Virus record (IMG/VR): IMGVR_UViG_3300022902_001182
Span: 1 to 56,158 of that record
Length of the DNA stretch: 56,158 nucleotides
Origin: a virus
Taxonomy: Duplodnaviria > Caudoviricetes
Direction: 5' to 3' (one strand)
A program made the translations under genes and the position numbers. Of this stretch, positions 54,297 through 56,158 are shown one piece after another; the first letter of the stretch is position 1, and every line of letters begins with the position of its first letter. The notes under the pieces are model-generated. The model had not been told where the DNA came from. It did no database searches and worked only from the letters and a program-made list of their open reading frames with translations.

Positions 54297-55169
54297 CTAT
54301 TTTTTGTCATTCTTGTTTTGTGGGAAACCATTATCAACAAGCAGCCGAGCCATATGAACATAATCTTTGTTCAACTCAAACCCAATCCAATCATATCCCC
54401 GCTGATCACAAACATAACATTCGCTTCCAGTACCGGCAAACGGGATGACGACGTTCCCAACAGTTCCCTCTTTGATACATGAGTTCAGGAGAGTCTCTGT
54501 TATTTTAGTAGGCTTCTGTGTCGGATGTGAAATTGTATCATCAGTTACCAATAATTTCTTTTCTTTAGAAGTAAGCAGTTTCTGCTGACTTGGGGAATAA
54601 TGGAAACGCTCTCGGCGACCTGCACCGCCGGCTAATGACGGAGTACAAATAACATCTCGGGGAAGAGCACCTTTATCATGTGCCACATAAGTTGTTTCCT
54701 TGTTCCCAAATCTTCCCTCTGTGTCCTTTCTTTTTTTGCCGGCAGCATTCTTGAGAAAAGTTTCTGTGTATGGAATCCTAACTTGGTCTCGGAAGAACAT
54801 GCGCTCGTCTTTCCAGCAACACAAGATAGACTCATGAGTCCTCTGCCAGAAGTTAGATGAAGGAACCGTCTTATTAGTATAGTGCCAAACCAACCAGCGT
54901 TGATCCATATCCAAATTCACCGAAATATGTGCTAATATCTCGGGAAAACCGTAAACATACATAATACCGGTAGGCTTAAGAATGCGTTTACACTCAGATA
55001 ACCACTTGTCTGACCAATCAATATACTCCTGAATCTCTATTTTTGTCTTATTATTACCGAAGTTCTTCCCAATATTGTAGGGAGGATCTAATATAATACA
55101 GTCAGCGCTCTCAGATTCAATCTTGTTGAGCCCTTCTACCACATCAATGTTATGAATCATACCCGCCAT
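54297..55169 (-). CDS. DNA N6-adenine/N4-cytosine methyltransferase (beta class)
   Basis: DPPY precedes HPTQKP and PFAGTGS. Confidence 0.92.
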   Translation of the reverse strand: MAGMIHNIDVVEGLNKIESESADCIILDPPYNIGKNFGNNKTKIEIQEYIDWSDKWLSECKRILKPTGIMYVYGFPEILAHISVNLDMDQRWLVWHYTNKTVPSSNFWQRTHESILCCWKDERMFFRDQVRIPYTETFLKNAAGKKRKDTEGRFGNKETTYVAHDKGALPRDVICTPSLAGGAGRRERFHYSPSQQKLLTSKEKKLLVTDDTISHPTQKPTKITETLLNSCIKEGTVGNVVIPFAGTGSECYVCDQRGYDWIGFELNKDYVHMARLLVDNGFPQNKNDKK

Positions 55170-55780
55170 TTGGTAATCTCCTTTACAAACGGTAAATCAA
55201 TTAACTGATAGAACTTAGAAATGCCCGGAACAATATAATCGTCGTTATTTCCTTTTTCCCCACCCTGCTGGCGGCGGAAGGGATGACGGTTGTCCGAGTC
55301 ATTCTGAATATAAATACTGAAGTCTTTCTTTTCCATGAAGTACGCCCGGATTATTGGAGGACTAGATGTTCTATTTTTGTCGGTTAGCCTCTGGTTTGGT
55401 TGATCTGACCTTGGGTTGATCCCAAAAAAGATAAACCGTTCCCAATCTTTTTCTACTGCGATGTGATTGAAGGTAAAGGCGTCTGGCTGGATCAGCTTTT
55501 CCCCCTCTTTTGTTTTGATAGAGTTTGCAACCGAGAATTTTATCTCAGTTTTATACCCATCAATGATTCTATCGTGACCTGTACCCTCTGGATTCTCTAT
55601 ATTGGAGCCCATCACTTCTTCCATAAACCCTTCCACATATTTCTCACCGAAGTGACCTTTTTGTTTTGGATCCATATGGGGATAAAACTCAAAATGTGTT
55701 CCACCCCAGTTATTATGCAGAGAGGCATAAATATACTCTTTCAAATTCTTATTTTCAAAAATTGTGTCGTGAATGCACAT
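55157..55780 (-). CDS. Putative type II restriction endonuclease (PD-(D/E)XK)
   Basis: QKGHFGE...HDRIIDGYKTEIKFS catalytic pattern; overlaps the MTase gene. Confidence 0.6.
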   Translation of the reverse strand: MCIHDTIFENKNLKEYIYASLHNNWGGTHFEFYPHMDPKQKGHFGEKYVEGFMEEVMGSNIENPEGTGHDRIIDGYKTEIKFSVANSIKTKEGEKLIQPDAFTFNHIAVEKDWERFIFFGINPRSDQPNQRLTDKNRTSSPPIIRAYFMEKKDFSIYIQNDSDNRHPFRRQQGGEKGNNDDYIVPGISKFYQLIDLPFVKEITKWRV

Positions 55781-56158
55781 CTTTGGTCCTTTCAATTAGT
55801 TTTATAACAGTTTTTTCTAGTCCAGGATTTACAAGGAGAGAATGAGGAAGAATATCATTCCGGATAATACTCCTCATATATTTTCTATCAACGTTTGAGG
55901 GATCATCTATAAAGGGTATTTCCTTACGAATACACCATTTTCTTAGTACTTGTTTAGGGGTCGTGATAAACGGTCTAATCACATTTTGATTGCTGTATGG
56001 GATAAGGCGTGGCTTCCCGTGCAAGGAAGTAAAGATCCACCACTCAATCTGGTCCTGTAAATGGTGAGCGGTGACAACTGTCCCGGAGAGGGTGTTATTG
56101 AAAAAGTCCTTACGGCAGTTTCTCCAATATTCTTCCTGGCTCTCTTCTTTTTTTCTTT
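55755..56158 (-). CDS. tilS: tRNA(Ile)-lysidine synthetase, compact phage type (N-terminus beyond the window)
   Basis: Extending the frame upstream gives EEYWRNCR...VVTAHHLQDQIEWWIF, then IRPF, DDPSN and RSIIR, which are TilS PP-loop family motifs. Confidence 0.88.
   Translation of the reverse strand, partial: RKKEESQEEYWRNCRKDFFNNTLSGTVVTAHHLQDQIEWWIFTSLHGKPRLIPYSNQNVIRPFITTPKQVLRKWCIRKEIPFIDDPSNVDRKYMRSIIRNDILPHSLLVNPGLEKTVIKLIERTKDVHSRHNF

Overview
This is an AT-rich, densely coding 56-kb segment of a large contractile-tailed (myovirus/jumbo-type) phage genome, almost entirely on the minus strand. Left to right it contains: (i) a baseplate/virion module (a >2700-aa LamG-containing ORF running off the left edge and absent from the ORF track, gp6-like and gp25-like wedge genes, a 2148-aa orphan, a spike-like protein and a VanY/M15B peptidase fusion); (ii) a T4 gp55-like late sigma factor with a Lys/Ala-repeat N-terminal tail; (iii) a nearly gap-free ~19-kb operon of PIN-PhoH, a zincin, a PD-(D/E)XK nuclease and ~18 nucleotide-sugar, glycosyltransferase and methyltransferase genes; (iv) a one-piece tmRNA (tag ANDNFNLEMAA) beside a phased 9-mer repeat array; (v) an RNA-ligase-like/HxGH nucleotidyltransferase fusion; (vi) envelope-directed proteins (trypsin-like protease, Cys-rich vWA lipoprotein), a J-domain protein and a fibre-like protein with near-identical 216-bp repeats; (vii) four tRNAs (Ser-AGA, Thr-TGT, Arg-TCT, Ile2-CAT), small structured RNA candidates, a thermonuclease, a putative type II R-M pair and a partial TilS. 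A recurring intergenic motif, (C/A)TA(T/C/A)(T/A)TA, looks like the late promoter. It implies the glycan operon is a late unit, which makes it a candidate virion-glycosylation system. All calls come from motif reading by eye; no database searches were run.
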